From Geosiphon pyriformis uo1 (lineage: Eukaryota; Fungi; Glomeromycota), in the NCBI GenBank assembly GCA_016748015.1, contig JAAOMT010000760.1:296219-360218 (forward strand): 64,000 nucleotides of DNA. The letters run 5' to 3'. The translations under genes and the position numbers were made by a program. Each line of letters starts with the position of its first letter. Positions within the stretch are counted from its first letter, which is position 1. Of the stretch, positions 63,201 through 64,000 are shown in pieces. Under the pieces are notes generated by a model. It saw nothing but the letters and a program-made list of their open reading frames with translations. It had not been told where the DNA came from and searched no databases.

Positions 63201-64000
63201 AGGAGACTGGGTCAAAGTACCCTTTAACACTAAAAAATTGTTACCACAAAGAACATTAAACTTGCTACAAGCCAAAAATATCTGATCAGATAGGATCTTA
63301 GATAGTATTTTACATGCTGTCTTGACCAAAGCGATAGGTCTGGTATTTGTCAGAATACTATTCCACTCATAAGGTTTTGGAATCATTGAAACCCATGCTT
63401 CTTTTCACAGATTAGGAACTGCATCCATACTCAAGCACAAATTCAACAAATTCAAAAGACAAGCCAAAACCTCCCTACCATAATGCTTCCAAAGTTCATT
63501 AGATATTCTAGATAACCTGGCTGCTTTATCATTCAGCAGATTATCAACAACCAGAAACAATTCCTCCATATCAATATCAACTATTACACCAGAGAAAGTA
63601 TTATCATCTACATAATCCAGAGGCATATATTGTTGAGCCCAGAGGTCAGGTATTTTTGGAAAAACTGATTGTTTTCTTGTCCACTCTTCCATAATTTTAT
63701 CAATCTTGAGTTTCACCTTATTAGGCTCAATTACCAGCTCATTATCCATTACCAAATGATCCAAAACCACCTTGTGAAATAGACATTTCAAAATGCTTTT
63801 TATCATCTTTTTTTTGTCAGAACAGAAGTTTTCCATACAATAGTCAATTGTCTTTCTTATAGCAGTATCTTCAACAATCTTAGACTCATAATACTTGGAC
63901 TTATGATACTCTTTTTTTATTACCAACAAATGCTTAATCAACTTCATTGAGCTTACATTGTTCAAAACCATGCTATTAACCTTGGAAGCTTTGACTACAT
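60280..64000 (-). mobile_element. LINE 2 (3' part of ORF2: RT, RNase H, Cys motif, 3' UTR)
   Basis: RT NTRPIALV, KAYDSV, AFV(DD); RNase H IYTD(G)S, AELQAV, YLDS, WVKVK.H; CLLCDEIE..HVFTC. Stop at 60365-60367 and A-rich 3' end near 60280. Confidence 0.9.

Overview
This is an AT-rich eukaryotic repeat block with no recognisable host gene. It is most likely fungal; the protein style recalls Glomeromycotina transposons, but that is from memory and unverified. The window is a pile of nested, mutationally decayed retroelements. One LINE (ORF1, then APE-RT-RNase H) on the minus strand carries two four-deep nests of Ty3/Gypsy-type LTR elements. Nest 1 is LINE > C > A (280-19921) > B (7988-17748). Nest 2 is LINE > D (22353-52926) > E (23873-44341) > F (24856-35119). 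There are also solo LTRs G (54618-55449) and H (59042-59513), and a second LINE from about 60280 to the window end. Most junctions show TGTTAC...GTAACA termini, 4-bp TSDs, a PBS and a PPT. All ORFs are broken, mainly by C>T/G>A transitions. Comparing the five near-complete LTR elements (three to four diverged families) reveals a shared, unusual, complex-retrovirus-like design. (1) A single Gag-PR-[Cys-rich unknown domain]-dUTPase-RT-RNase H ORF starts at GUG and has an AUG-depleted N-terminal extension ahead of a conserved capsid AUG. (2) A conserved stop follows RNase H, and integrase is a separate ORF with its own AUG. (3) A conserved non-env ORF3 ends at the PPT. (4) An LTR hairpin has an HIV-DIS-like 2+6+1 palindromic loop whose palindrome is family-specific. 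(5) Anti-PBS sequences flank the PBS.
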